Below are positions 39,201 through 51,989 of a DNA stretch of 64,000 nucleotides, piece by piece. A model generated the notes under the pieces. That model was not told where the DNA came from. It made no database searches and worked only from the letters and a program-made list of their open reading frames with translations. The translations under genes and the position numbers were made by a program. Within the stretch, counting starts at the first letter, position 1; each line of letters begins with the position of its first letter. This stretch comes from Octopus sinensis (Eukaryota): positions 149,668,001-149,732,000 of the forward strand of contig NC_042998.1 of the NCBI RefSeq assembly GCF_006345805.1, given 5' to 3'.

Positions 39201-39309
39201 AAACTTTGTAGACGAAAGATCTGGTAAATTATGAAAATCGAAATATCAGCCTTTATAATCACAATAACGGTATGCGTCTTCGTTTCTTGAGTAAGCTCAT
39301 TTTCGAGGA

Positions 39310-39447
39310 GGGGGCCCGTCGAATACATCGAAAGAATGAAAGGCAAAGTCGACCTCGGCGAAATTTGAACTAAGAGCGTGCAGACAGACGAAGTACCGCT
39401 AAGCATTTCTCCCCGCGTGCTGACGTTTCTGCCAGATCACTGCCTTT
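39310..39447 (-). mobile_element. SINE family A, partial
   Basis: GAAAGGCAAAGTCGACCTCGGCGAAATTTGAACT...TTTCTGCCAG. Confidence 0.7.
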
Positions 39448-39451
39448 CTTC

Positions 39452-39505
<54 letters not shown>

Positions 39506-39669
39506 ATATATATATATATAATATATATTAAATTTTAATAGGGTAGAAATTGATATCATCAATCAAAACCAGTGGCCTAGCATATTAAAAAAATCCGAAG
39601 ATTAAAATATTTTTACATACAAATTTAAAGGACTGACCACTTTTAGTGGTCAGTCCTTTAAATTTTATA

Positions 39670-39719
<50 letters not shown>

Positions 39720-40303
39720 TATAACTACTTATATAGAGTTATATATATATAAATTATGTTTTTTTATAAATATATACGTAAACACACACGCGCACCCGCA
39801 CAAACGCACATACACACACACATACATATACATATATATATATATTTAAGTTATTATATATATGTTTCTCTGTGCACATGCATATGGATGTACATTTGTA
39901 AGTGTTCGTACTAATTAATAGCTATTTATTATGCCAATAAAATAAATTTTGATGACCTTTAATTTTGTTTTGTATGCTGGTAGCAGTAAATTTGGATAGA
40001 GAGGAGCAGATATATCAGTTGAGGAAGGTAGAGAAGGCATTATTATTTGGGATATAGTAAAGAGAGACTTGTCAAGATCGCTAAGTTCCAACGTCATTTT
40101 TTAAAAAGTAAATGAAGGTAAAAAAATTAACAAATGAATGCGAAAATAAGCTGATTTAAGTTAGTGATTACCAGCTGTCAACACCATTATTATCATACAG
40201 AGTGGAATATCAGAGCATTATATATAAGATAGCGATATAATTTGAAGTCAATGAAAAATGTTTATGTGAGTAAAGTTTCAAGTATCGAAGAAATATTAAT
40301 AAC

Positions 40304-41277
40304 ACTAGCATTAAAGACCCGTCGTGCTATTACATGTACATCTATATATATACATAAAATACAAAATACAGTTATATCTTGATATCGCTACTGATAATAC
40401 TCAAAATATATTACAGACTGGAATTGTTAGCCCGTCTCTTGTAATTTCGATCAATTGTATCTTGTTCTCCCTCTTGTATAGAAGAGTGGGTACAATCTAG
40501 CCTACCTCTACTTCGGGGTGGGGGGGGGGCATTTAAAATTTTTTTCTGGGACGTCCTACGTCCCAGATATAAAGGTAAAAATAAAATATTTCCACTTTGC
40601 AAATTCGAGTCGAGTACTCCCTTGCTCGAACCTTGCTTCTATTGTGGCGAATTTACCGCCTCTGATTAGATATCTTTCATAGTCCCATCAAGACACTTTT
40701 CAAAGGTGCTTTTTCTCCATGTGTTCAAATCTTCTTTTTTCTCTACATTATATACTTTATAGACAATAGTCTTTTCTTTAATTTAATTTTTTATTATCCA
40801 TCTGGACTATTCCATTTCTGCACGCTAATTTTATTTTTAATTTATTCCCATTCATGTGAAACCACTTATTCAAGTTCAAGTCATTGATGCAATTTTATAC
40901 CAATTGCTATTTTTACTTTTTTTATGTTACGATTATATTATACTTTAGTTTGATTTTAATTATTACTTACTACATACAATTCAATTGTTATTATTTTTAT
41001 TGTTAAAGTGAAAGTATCTGACATAAAATAGAGAAATGTTTTTGTTTCACTTTTAATCGTAATACTGAAATAGTGGAGAAGATATGATATTGCTATGGGC
41101 TCGCTCTAGACAAGAAGTTGAACATGAAACTACATGGACCCTAAGTAAGGCATGTGTAAAGTTTGAATGAAATTGGTTGTGTAGTTCTCAAGTTTTAGGG
41201 AAACACACAGGCAGGCAGACAGACAGACAAACATTCTTAGTTTTATATACAGTTTTATATGTAGTATATATAAAGAT
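40304..41277 (+). mobile_element. Putative non-autonomous Helitron/Helentron-like element
   Basis: Starts ACTAGCATTAAAGACCCGTCGTGCT and ends AAAGTTTGAATGAAATTGGTTG...CAGACAGACAAAC...TTTTATAT...AAGAT. Same architecture as 8884-9963. Confidence 0.45.
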
Positions 41278-41309
41278 AACTCTTACTTCAATATTTCATG
41301 ATCATAATT

Positions 41310-41491
41310 TACGTTTATGTATGTATGTATGTATGTATGGTATGTATGTATGTACGTATGTATGTAGTATATTTCAAGATTTCGTGCAAATAGAAAAAAA
41401 ACTGGTTTCTAACCAAGATCCAAGGCTTCTTCATTGGAATTTCAACATTAGAAACACTGTATTTTTGTATGTATGTATATAAGTATGTATG

Positions 41492-41522
<31 letters not shown>

Positions 41523-42010
41523 GTATGTATGTATGTATGTATGTAGTATATTTCCAGATTTCTTGCAAATAGAGAAAAAACTGGTTTCTAACCAAGACCC
41601 AAGGCTTCTTCATTGGAATTTCAACATTAGAAACACTGTATTTTTGTATGTATGTATATAAGTATGTATGTATGTATGTATGTATGTATGTATGTATGTA
41701 TGTATGTATGTATGTATGTATGTATGTATGTATGTCTGTATGTATGTATGTATGTATGTATATATGTTCACACGTTTATGTTTTGCTTTATCTATGTATT
41801 CTCATGCATATAGTTACATATCTAGATATACTCATATATATTTAAATGTTAAACTGGAAAGTTTACAGACTTTTACAGTTCCAGTAATGGATTGGATCTG
41901 TAGTCTTTCAATCAGCTTTCTCCTCTCTGGTTTTGAGATTGGTATTTAAGCAGTGTGCCAGGGCTCCAATAAGTTCAGCCATAAACCTGAACTTGTAATC
42001 TAGATTTGCC
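41310..42010 (-). mobile_element. RLE-type LINE 3' fragment with duplicated 3' terminal unit and (TACA)n tracts
   Basis: LDYKFRF...AHCLNTNL remnant homologous to 29362-29577. A 101-bp unit occurs at 41366-41466 and 41545-41645. Confidence 0.75.
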
Positions 42011-42230
42011 GTCTATCTCATTAACTTCTTGGAGATTTTAGGTATAATTATACTAATGTGTCCATCTGTTCTAATTTAACTAAATTCTATGTCTTTGTGC
42101 AGCTGAATATTGCTCTGCATTTTGAATTGATGTAATGATTGCATTGTTCAATTAAAGGAGTTGCACGAAGCGATCGTACTGCATTACCTCTAGATATCCT
42201 TGTTGCTTATTTCGATGTATATATATATAT

Positions 42231-42327
<97 letters not shown>

Positions 42328-43574
42328 ATATATATGTGTGTGTATGTGTGTGTGTGTGTATGTATATACATTAACTTAGAAGCAGTCCTCTGGTGGGATT
42401 CGAAGATATATTGTATAATGTTTATTTAACCATTATAATTTGTGATTACATTATTGGGCGAAAAACGCACCTGCATAGCGCCGTATTTGCATCAATGATT
42501 TGTTTTCTTCCGCAAATTCAAAGTAAATAGCATAAATATTTTCACCTTATACCTAACAACTAGTACAAACCTATTTGAAATTAAACAAAAGGAAAGCATA
42601 TCATGACATTTACAGAGTTATGCACTCACACTATATCAATGTTTATGAATATAAATTATATTGTATCATATCAAATTTATTATAAATTACGTTTAAAGAA
42701 CAATTTTTTGTGTAAATATTTACAAAAACAGGAATTAAAAACCTCTATAACCTCATATATACATACATATACATATATATACAAGCAAAGATGCAGAAAC
42801 GACGTACTTCGAAGGAATTTAAAGGTAACGTAATCCGAAGGTAAAGTAAGAAAATCTATGAATCAGGTACTCCAAGTCAGTCAGATGGCGCGTCCGAAAC
42901 AAACACCAGTCACTCACCTGCTCGTTGACTCACACCCTCGTGCGTGCATCGCTTGCATAAACATAAACACACACACTCACACAGACACACAGACTGACAG
43001 ACACACACACACACACACACGCATACACACTCAGACACACGGATACACACACGGACACACACACACACCACCCATCTTCGCACTCTCCTGTTCCAAAAAA
43101 CCACTTTCACTGTCTCGTTCTACTACCGGTCACTTCAGCAGTGTAACTATACACGTGTTGCTGGCGATTTTTTTCCTTCTTCGGACTTTTTCCTTTCCGA
43201 CGATGATCCAGACTCGAAACGCCAAAAACTCTCTCTTACCATTGAGCGTCAAACTAAAACATTCCTTTTTCACGTCTTCTAGTTGTTTGTTATCGTTAAT
43301 TTTACTGTTTGATCATTTTGATCTGGCTACATATGTATATACATGCACGCGCGCACACACACACACACGTTTGTTGATGCAAAATTGAAGGTACATCTTA
43401 AAAGCAACAGTATACATTCATGCTTTTAATTAGACATCGGCAGAAGTTACAGAGTAACACAAGGGCTAAGAACTTCATTCTGCAACAAGCCGATCATTAA
43501 CATATGAATATGTGAGTGTGTGTATGTTTTGTGTATGTGTGCTTGTGTGTGTGTATGTGTATTGTGTGTGTGTG

Positions 43575-43606
<32 letters not shown>

Positions 43607-44708
43607 CTGCAGTGTGGATTTAGTAAAATATGTTAAAACATATCAAACTATATATATTATGTTAATAGTATAACCGTGACGTCAATAACGATAGCAAATA
43701 TGTTTATCACTCCCAGTGACAACATAATAAAGGATAAATATTGAAAACTCCGTTTAGTTTTTAAATATAAAGATTTTCATATTGTGATATATTTTATATT
43801 GAACAAACACGAAGAAACATTCTTTCGGTTTAATGTTTGCTTAAATTGTCTACAAAAAAAAAAAATTAACCAATTACAGAGAGACGAGAGTGCAAAAACA
43901 CTCGAAAAAGCATATAATTCAATACTTCTTATATTGGTCTGGATTTAGTGAAAAGTTGGTTCCGAAACAATTTTTCTTTTTTACACTTATTTTTCGAGTG
44001 TGATTTTAAATTAATTTTATTTTGGGCGTTATTGAATGGGCAACGTAGAGTTGTCCGTGAAGGAAGACGAGAGAATGTAATTATACACCAACATAAGTGA
44101 ATGACATACCTTGCGATATTTTAATGGTCATTACCAATACTAGATTAACGAGAAATGGATGTTTTAAAGTAAAGGCATATATCACTAGGTGTTACATGTA
44201 TGTTATTCTGCTGTTAATATATATATGCATATATGTATGCATATATATATTACTACGAAAGAGATAACTGCGGTATGATTGGAGTCGCATGGGATGAAAT
44301 ATATAAACAGACAACGGCATTTATTATAAGAGAGATTATAAAGTTTTTAAATATTACTTTCTATAAATATTTATGTTGCAAATATAGACAGAAATGTGTT
44401 CATTTGCATGAAATTGTACTAATCTAATTAACCAAGTCTATAGTTTTCAAGAAAAAAGCGTGTTGTTTTAACTATTGAACTAATGAAAGTTTCCATTAAC
44501 TTAAAAAAAAAAATAGGTCCAATGTAAGAATTGAGTTGCCTCATCTTTAATGGCACTGTGAACTATAAAATGATTATGTACCATTCGGAAAAACACCCCG
44601 AGATCCCAATTTGTGAAATACAGACTATATATATACATACATGCATGCATACATACATACATACATACCATACATACATACATACATACATATACATATA
44701 AATATATT

Positions 44709-45382
44709 CAACTTATAAACAAGGGCAAAAAAAATTATAATGCCAAGTATGCCGAAAATAGACAAATCGTCAATAACCATATAATTTATCACTATAAGCA
44801 CGTGTCTCGAAGTAAGCCGACAGAAATTTCTTTAAAATTCCGTTATTATCGTATCGGTCCCAATTTCAGAGTTAATTCATAAGAATTTTCTCCTCGTCAG
44901 CGATAAATACGGTAAGAAATAAATGAAATACTTACTTATAATCATAGAAGAAGCAAACACTAAGTCATGAGCACACTTAAGTACCCCACATATATCCAAA
45001 ATAGAAATTCTCCAGCACACCTCGAGACGCGTGCGATCGGACTGAAAACTCTCATAGAGCGAGAGAGTCCGGAAGTGAACACTATTAAATTTACATCTAA
45101 TATAGGATAAAATTTTTCGAAAAAAATTCTATCAATGGCCAGCATATTAAAAAATACCTATAAAGGTTAAATTCTGTCGGCTTACTTCGAGATACGTGCT
45201 TATAGTGATAAATTATATGGTTATTGACGATTTGTCTATTTTCGCGGCATATTGGCAATAGAATTCTTTTCTTTTCTGCCTTGTTTATAAGTTGTTTATA
45301 AATTTAACCTTTAAAGGTAGTTTTTTATAGCTAGCCATTGATAGAATTTTTTTCGAAAATTTTTATCCTATATTAGATGTAA
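44709..45382. repeat. Interleaved inverted repeats (A-X-B-A'-B') with a degenerate hammerhead in X; probable Penelope-type terminus
   Basis: A 44709-44828 pairs with A' 45170-45294; B 45091-45172 pairs with B' 45301-45382. Minus-strand CTGACGA (44894-44900)-GGAG...CTCT-GAAA. Confidence 0.75.
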
Positions 45383-46073
45383 TATATATATATATATGTG
45401 TATATATATATATATAATATATATATATATATATTATATATAATATATATATATATATATCTATATATATATTATATATATATATCTATATATATATCTA
45501 TATATATGTACATACTGAGCTTTACATGCCGAAATCTACTTGGTGTAATTGATGATTATTCCAAATTAATTAATTTCACCCTTTATTGTTTACTGATAAC
45601 CATATTTTATCCCAGTAAATGACCACACCATCTTGTCTTGCTACACACGCGGGTGGAAGGGGGCTGGTGACACAAACTTTCATTCACACTTTGAATTTCG
45701 TGGTACTGGTAATGCTTTAGCTCGCTCTGACACTGAGTTGAGATGATGCCTTCTAGTATCTCAAAATTTAATATACAATTATTCATAATTGTAGTATCCT
45801 ACGCTGATAAGAAAAGAAGTTGGGTAAGGTAGAATTATCTAATTCTTATGCTTTCCTAAAACTTGATTTCGAAACGTACGTCCATAGGTGACTTAAAATT
45901 GTATGATAGATTGCCGTCATTTCATTCTCTCTTACCTGTCTGCGTTTGCCTTTCAAGTGCTTGTTTTTTTACTGAGATCTCCCTTTAGTAGAAAGAATAG
46001 CTATAACTCTTTGACTGCTATTTCTAAATTCGGTGTGTGGTGAGGCAATTCGTTGCTAAACCCTTATTGCTTA

Positions 46074-46130
<57 letters not shown>

Positions 46131-46499
46131 ATGTGTGGGTGTGTGTGTGCATATAGTATATGTACATATAGTTCACATTTACTGAAAACAAAAGATGAAT
46201 ACAGGTGAGGGAACAACAAGCAAGTATATTAGCTTAACGCTCGGGAAAAATGGGAAATACGTTTGACTTTACGAGCCTACGTTCTTCGGCAGAAAGGATT
46301 GAATGCAAAAAATAGCGAGAAGGAAAAACACGGGTGTGTGTGTGTGTGTGTTGTGTTTCTATAGGGGTGAAAGGAGTCTCGAGGGTGAAAGGACTGTGCT
46401 GGAAAGAAGGTGTATTGAATTAGAATGCTTGGTGGCGGTTTCTAGCACAACATGTGTATATATGAGATGGTGAGAGTGGGAGTATAGTGACTAAGTGTG

Positions 46500-47000
46500 T
46501 TGTTAGATTTTTACTGAGTGTGACTTTGTATAGCGTTTAACGCAAGGTAGGCACTAAATGTGATGGGTTTTCGATCTCCACTTGCTTCTAAAATAGTGCC
46601 ATGTATGTTAAAGAATATTGCACAAGTAAATTACAATATCATTTGTCTGCAAAACAGTGGCCAATATAAAGATAAACCACTTCGAAATTTTAGAGTTACG
46701 GGGATGGGTTGACATGAAGTTATTTTTGTAGAGTGAGAAAATGTGTTGGAATCTGGTTGTTGTTAAACATTAATTGTGGAACGGGAAAACCAACCAATAA
46801 AATAACACTTAACAACAGATGAATCTCATTCCATTGAAACAGTAGTACCATTCCAGTCTCAATCGGTTAGCTTAATTCTGAGAACGAAGCTTTGCCAAAT
46901 GAGGTCATTTGAGCACCATTTTGTTTATGACAAGCTATTTTAATCTGCCACTTCTTTCAGGCGAGTATTTGAACTCTCCACATAAATTTTCTAATATTCT
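46500..47000 (-). mobile_element. Possible Penelope-like GIY-YIG region remnant
   Basis: Only weak remnants (TNDIVIYLC; ACHKQNGAQ-like). Adjacent to a Penelope-terminus-like repeat at 46170-46330. Confidence 0.3.
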
Positions 47001-47713
47001 AATTTTCTACCGTTGTGACTATATGAAAGGTTAAGTGTATTGGTCACCAAGACAACGTTGTATAATGACCATAATGACCATATATGGATTATCTACGATT
47101 TGGTTGTTGATTCAGGAACCTATCAATTCGATTCGCTTATTTACGACTATTTTGATTATATTTGAACACGCAATTAATACAAAAATAGAAAACAAAATAC
47201 AATTGAATTACTTCTGAAATGTAGAGCTACACCCTGCCCCTTCCTCTCTTTCTAAAAAATAAGCTATACCACAAAGATATAAAAATACAGTAAATAAATA
47301 TAAACAAATACAAAAACACTAACACAGAAAATATTTCGGAATAGTTTCTGAATTTTCAGTCATGTATTTGTTTTGTAGTTCTGTCATTGATTTGCATTTT
47401 GTCTGGAATTATTTCGAGTTTTTTTTCCAATGATTTGGAAGAATAAAACAGAAATATTTGTAAGCCAATGTCTGTCCTTTGATCAGATATGATCAGGACT
47501 GATCTCTCGTAGATAGTCGATCAGAAGATTTAAAAAAAAAACAGAAAGACTCTACTGGAATATTCTGGAGATTTCCACACAATAAAAAGTTATTGGCGTC
47601 AATGGAATAGAGGTTTTAAAAAATACAGACAAAACTGTTTGATTCTTCAGAGCCATTTATCAGATTCAAAGATTGGTGACAAGGTTCTGATAATAATAAT
47701 AATAATAATAATA

Positions 47714-47756
<43 letters not shown>

Positions 47757-47829
47757 TAGAAGAAGAAGAAGAAGAAGAAGAAGAAGAAGAAGAAGAAGAA
47801 GAAGAAGAAGAAGAAGAAGAAGAAGAAGA

Positions 47830-48130
47830 AGAAATCAACAAATTATATATATACCAGGACCTGAAGAAAGAGATAGGAGAGATTATGGAATTGTAGAAAA
47901 AGTGAAGTCGTACCAATTGTCATTGGACTCTTAGAAACAAAGGTTCAAGTTGTGAACAGAAAATATTTGGCTTGCAGAAGTACACAGAATACATACAACT
48001 GGTATGCTTATTAGGAATGGTGATGATAATTCTAAAGTTCTTGGGTGGCTGAAGTTACAGGTGGTTTTTCAAGAGTAAACCCACCTAAGTTCCATTGTGG
48101 GAGGTAAGAAACAAAATATTTTGAAATAAT
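47830..48130 (+). mobile_element. RLE-type (R4/Dong-like) LINE 3' fragment following (AAT)n(AGA)n
   Basis: YQDLKKEIG-RLWNCRK-VVPIVIGLL motif, homologous to the C-terminus of the 13573 element. Confidence 0.6.
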
Positions 48131-48147
48131 AACAATGGTTTCACATT

Positions 48148-48667
48148 TGGAGGGAGGGGTTAATTCAATTACATCGACACCAGTGTTCAACTGGTATTTA
48201 TTTTATCGACTCCCAAAAGGATGAAAAGCAAAGGCGACCTCGGCAAAATTTGGACTCGGAACGTAAGGACGGACAAAATGCCGTTAAAAATTCTGTTAAC
48301 GATTCTGTAAGCTCGCCGCCTTAATAATAACTCTTTCTAATAAAGGCACAAGGCCTGGAATTTGGAGGAAGGGGACTACATCGACCCCAGTGTTTCACTG
48401 CTACTTAATTCATCGACCCCGAAAGGACTAATGGCAAAGTCGACCTCAGCGGAATTTTAACTCAGAATGTAGCGACGAGCGAAATACCGCTAAGTATTTC
48501 TTCCAGTAAAGGCCTGAGATTGTTGGGGGTGGGGACTCGTCGATTACATCAACTTCAGTGTTTCACTGGTACTTAATTTATCGACCCCTAAAGGACGAAA
48601 GGCAAATTCGACCTCGTCGGAATTTGAACTGAGAACTTAGCGACGGGCGAAATACCGCGAAGCATTT
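48148..48667 (-). mobile_element. Three head-to-tail SINE family A copies (48148-48322, 48343-48500, 48509-48667)
   Basis: Each has ATCGAC(A/C)CCAGTG or a variant, TTTATCGAC, and GGCAAAGTCGACCTC...ATTTGAACT variants. Confidence 0.8.
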
Positions 48668-50223
48668 GTTGATTCGGACAGCTCACCGTCCTTGGCAATT
48701 ATGAGAATGTTTCAATTTCTCTCCCACTCCGGCACCCAGTTTCTCACCCACTCCGGCGCCCGAGTTGCTTCCGGATATTTGAGTACTTGAATACAGAGTA
48801 CAAGGATGCGGCGTTTCCCGACCAAAACTCATAAGTTGGAATCTAATATCTTGGTTTAATTTACGTTTTCAAGTTTCAGCTATATCTACTGTAAAAGCAA
48901 TTCTGAATATTGAGTTGAAAATTGTCCAGCAATCCCGAGGTGGATTATTACATAACCAGGGTAGATATAATCATTGGTAGTATCATAAGACACAAAACTG
49001 CTCATCATATTAAATATAAAAGCTTGTGTGGTTTGCCGCCTGCGCCTATGAGCCAGTGACATCTTGAACCATTTGTTAAGCTCAGTATTGTAGGAGCCGT
49101 TCATCTGCTGGGTTTCAGTCGACATTCAGTTGTCGCGATCGATTAGCTTTGAAAAATTTCATTGCCCGAGACTTTTTCTTTTACGAATTGATCATGGTTC
49201 CAAAATAAAATATCTTTACAAGTTTACTAACTTCCGATAAACACAAATTTAGTCTGCAATATTCCTAGAGATTCCACTTTTGGAATATTGCAGACTATAT
49301 TTTCTAACACCTTGAGTAATTCCGTTTCTAATAGGAAGGTATGGAAAAAGTGTTCTTCAGATTGAGGAACTGTGTCTTTGAAAAACTGTCCAGACATCCT
49401 GTAGCCATTTTTCAATCGATTCTATCATTACAAAACTACAGAAGATTTAGTTGCAACGGAAAAAATATACATACAGTAAACTTAGGTATAAAAATATATG
49501 AAGCAATTTGGTGATACTCAATGCCAAAATGCCAAACTGAGAGCACCAAAGTATAGAAGTATTTAAGTAAATATTACATCGTTGACGAAATTATTTCAAC
49601 GTTTAAACCATAACGAGTGTCGAATAACTTTTAAGGGTTACAGTTTTTGAGTAAGTACTATTAATGGTTGGCTGTTCAAAATGTAAGCCCTAAAACACAC
49701 CCATTTACAAACACACACACCTGCATTACACACACACATACATGAACAGACACACTCACTCACTCACTCACACACACACACTATATTTATTACACTAAAT
49801 TTTATATTAGCTTTTGCAGAGTTAGCATTTTTAGTTTCGTAATGTTAATTCTGTAATTCCAACTATTATTTACCTAACAATCTACGTTACCTTTGAAAGT
49901 GAAAATAGCAAATTTATAAATGCTCTTTTAGTTAGACTTGATGTCTTTGCGAATTTTCTTTTCGTCTATCGCTATAAATATATTTACTATTAACTTGCAA
50001 CAATAATTTTTATTAACCATCCTCTGTTTCATAAAACTGATATCAATATGTTGAATAATAGTTAGAATTGTTACTTTATATGTCTTCATCGACTAAAAAT
50101 ACAATAAAATTACTGATAATGACCTTGTGGAAAGTTATTTTATTTCTGTTGTCTCTATCAGGTGGGTTGCAGAAAGCATCGAGACAGCGTTGGAAATACT
50201 GAGCTACGTCCTTCAAAACATAT

Positions 50224-50415
50224 ATTCTATTATTATTCTTTTATTTGTTTCAATCATTTAACTGCGGCCATGCTGGATCACAGCCTTCAAGGGATTTTTA
50301 GCCGGAGAAATCGACTCCAGAACTTATTGTTTGTAAGCCTGGTACTTATTCTATAGGTCTCTTTTGCCGAACCGCTACGTTACGTGGACGTAAACACTCC
50401 AACATAGGTTGTAAG

Positions 50416-50450
<35 letters not shown>

Positions 50451-50497
50451 TATATATTATATAATATTATATATATATATATAGTATATATATATAA

Positions 50498-50557
<60 letters not shown>

Positions 50558-50752
50558 AGATTTATTTGTTTAACAACTGAATTTAGTAAAATCATCTAAA
50601 TATGAAACATCATGAAAATTGTTCAAACTGAAGTCCTTCTTGAGCGACACACTTTTCCATTCGAGTTTTACAAAATTACAGATAGTATTTATGATATTTT
50701 GATTTACTGTCTACTGACTTTTGTCCAAACATTTATATATATTATATATAAT

Positions 50753-50813
<61 letters not shown>

Positions 50814-51033
50814 CTATATATATACATATATACATATATATATATACATGTATGTATGTATATTTACACACACACGACAGGCTTCTTTAAGTTTTCGTTT
50901 ACCAAATACATTCACAAGGCTTTGGTCGGCCCAAGGCTATAGTAGATGACACCTTCCCACGGTGCCACGCAGTGGGGCTGAACCCGGAACCATGTGGTTG
51001 AGAAGTGAGCTTCTTACCACACAGCCATGCCTG
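50224..51033 (-). mobile_element. SINE family B with expanded internal (AT)n and inserted sequence
   Basis: Head at 50870-51033 (CAGGCATGGCTGTGTGGTAAGAAG...GGGTTCAGCCCC); tail at 50224-50420 with GCATGGCCGCAGTTAAATGATTGAAAC. Confidence 0.7.
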
Positions 51034-51203
51034 TACACATTTCTCTCATATTTTATGAGTAAGACTTCTGTATTACGTAACATACAATTCCAAGTTTCGT
51101 CACGTACAATAGCAGCAGCTCTGCATTTGTTAATCAGCTTCACATCTTGGTCGAATATATTCATTTCAAATTTTGGCACTTGGTCATCAATTTCGGAGGA
51201 GGA

Positions 51204-51358
51204 GATAAGTCGATAACATCAACCCCAGTACTCAACTAATACTTATCTTATCGACCACGAAATTATAAAAGACAAAGTCGAGCCCTGAGGAATTTGAACA
51301 CAGAACTTAAAGACGTACGAAATGCCCGGCGTGTTAACGATTGTACCAGCTCATCGCG
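51204..51358 (-). mobile_element. SINE family A, degraded
   Basis: ACAAAGTCGAG...GGAATTTGAACACAGAAC...CGGCGTGTTAACGATTGTACCAGCT. Confidence 0.6.
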
Positions 51359-51592
51359 TTTTTGGTCGAGAATATTTTTTATTTATTTTCGTATCTAATA
51401 TGTTTCAGAAGTGTATGCGCGTCACAACATCTCATTCATAATGTTACAACTTTGTATAAAACCTATTTCAATGTTTAGACAATTTTGATGTCAATGTTGT
51501 CACCCAAGTTTCTTTTTTGTTTTGTTTGATAAAAGTTCTCTACTTTTCGTTTCACTGGCTACTCCGAGTTATTTCTCTTTGTACATTTACGT

Positions 51593-51689
<97 letters not shown>

Positions 51690-51760
51690 AATATTAAATG
51701 AGACAAAAACACTATTAGGCAATCAAACAATGAAAAACTTAAGCCAATACATATGGATGG

Positions 51761-51822
<62 letters not shown>

Positions 51823-51989
51823 TTATAATATATATATATGTATGATATATATGCACATCACACAGATAGATGGATAGAGAGAGAGAGAGAGAGAGAGATG
51901 GATACACCTATAAATTATATATGTATGTATGTGTTTATGTGGGTGTATGCAGCTATGCTGATAAACGAACTATGTGTCAAATTGCCAGA

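Noticed and set aside
39915-40120. 60-aa minus-strand ORF, and plus-strand LDREE resembling a cadherin motif
   Set aside because: The plus frame stops after about 23 codons with no other cadherin motifs; the minus ORF has no recognisable domain or good splice sites.
49317-49360. Minus-strand CTGAAGA...GAAAC; similar chance pairs at ~12545 and ~39175
   Set aside because: No stem II can form between the two core halves.
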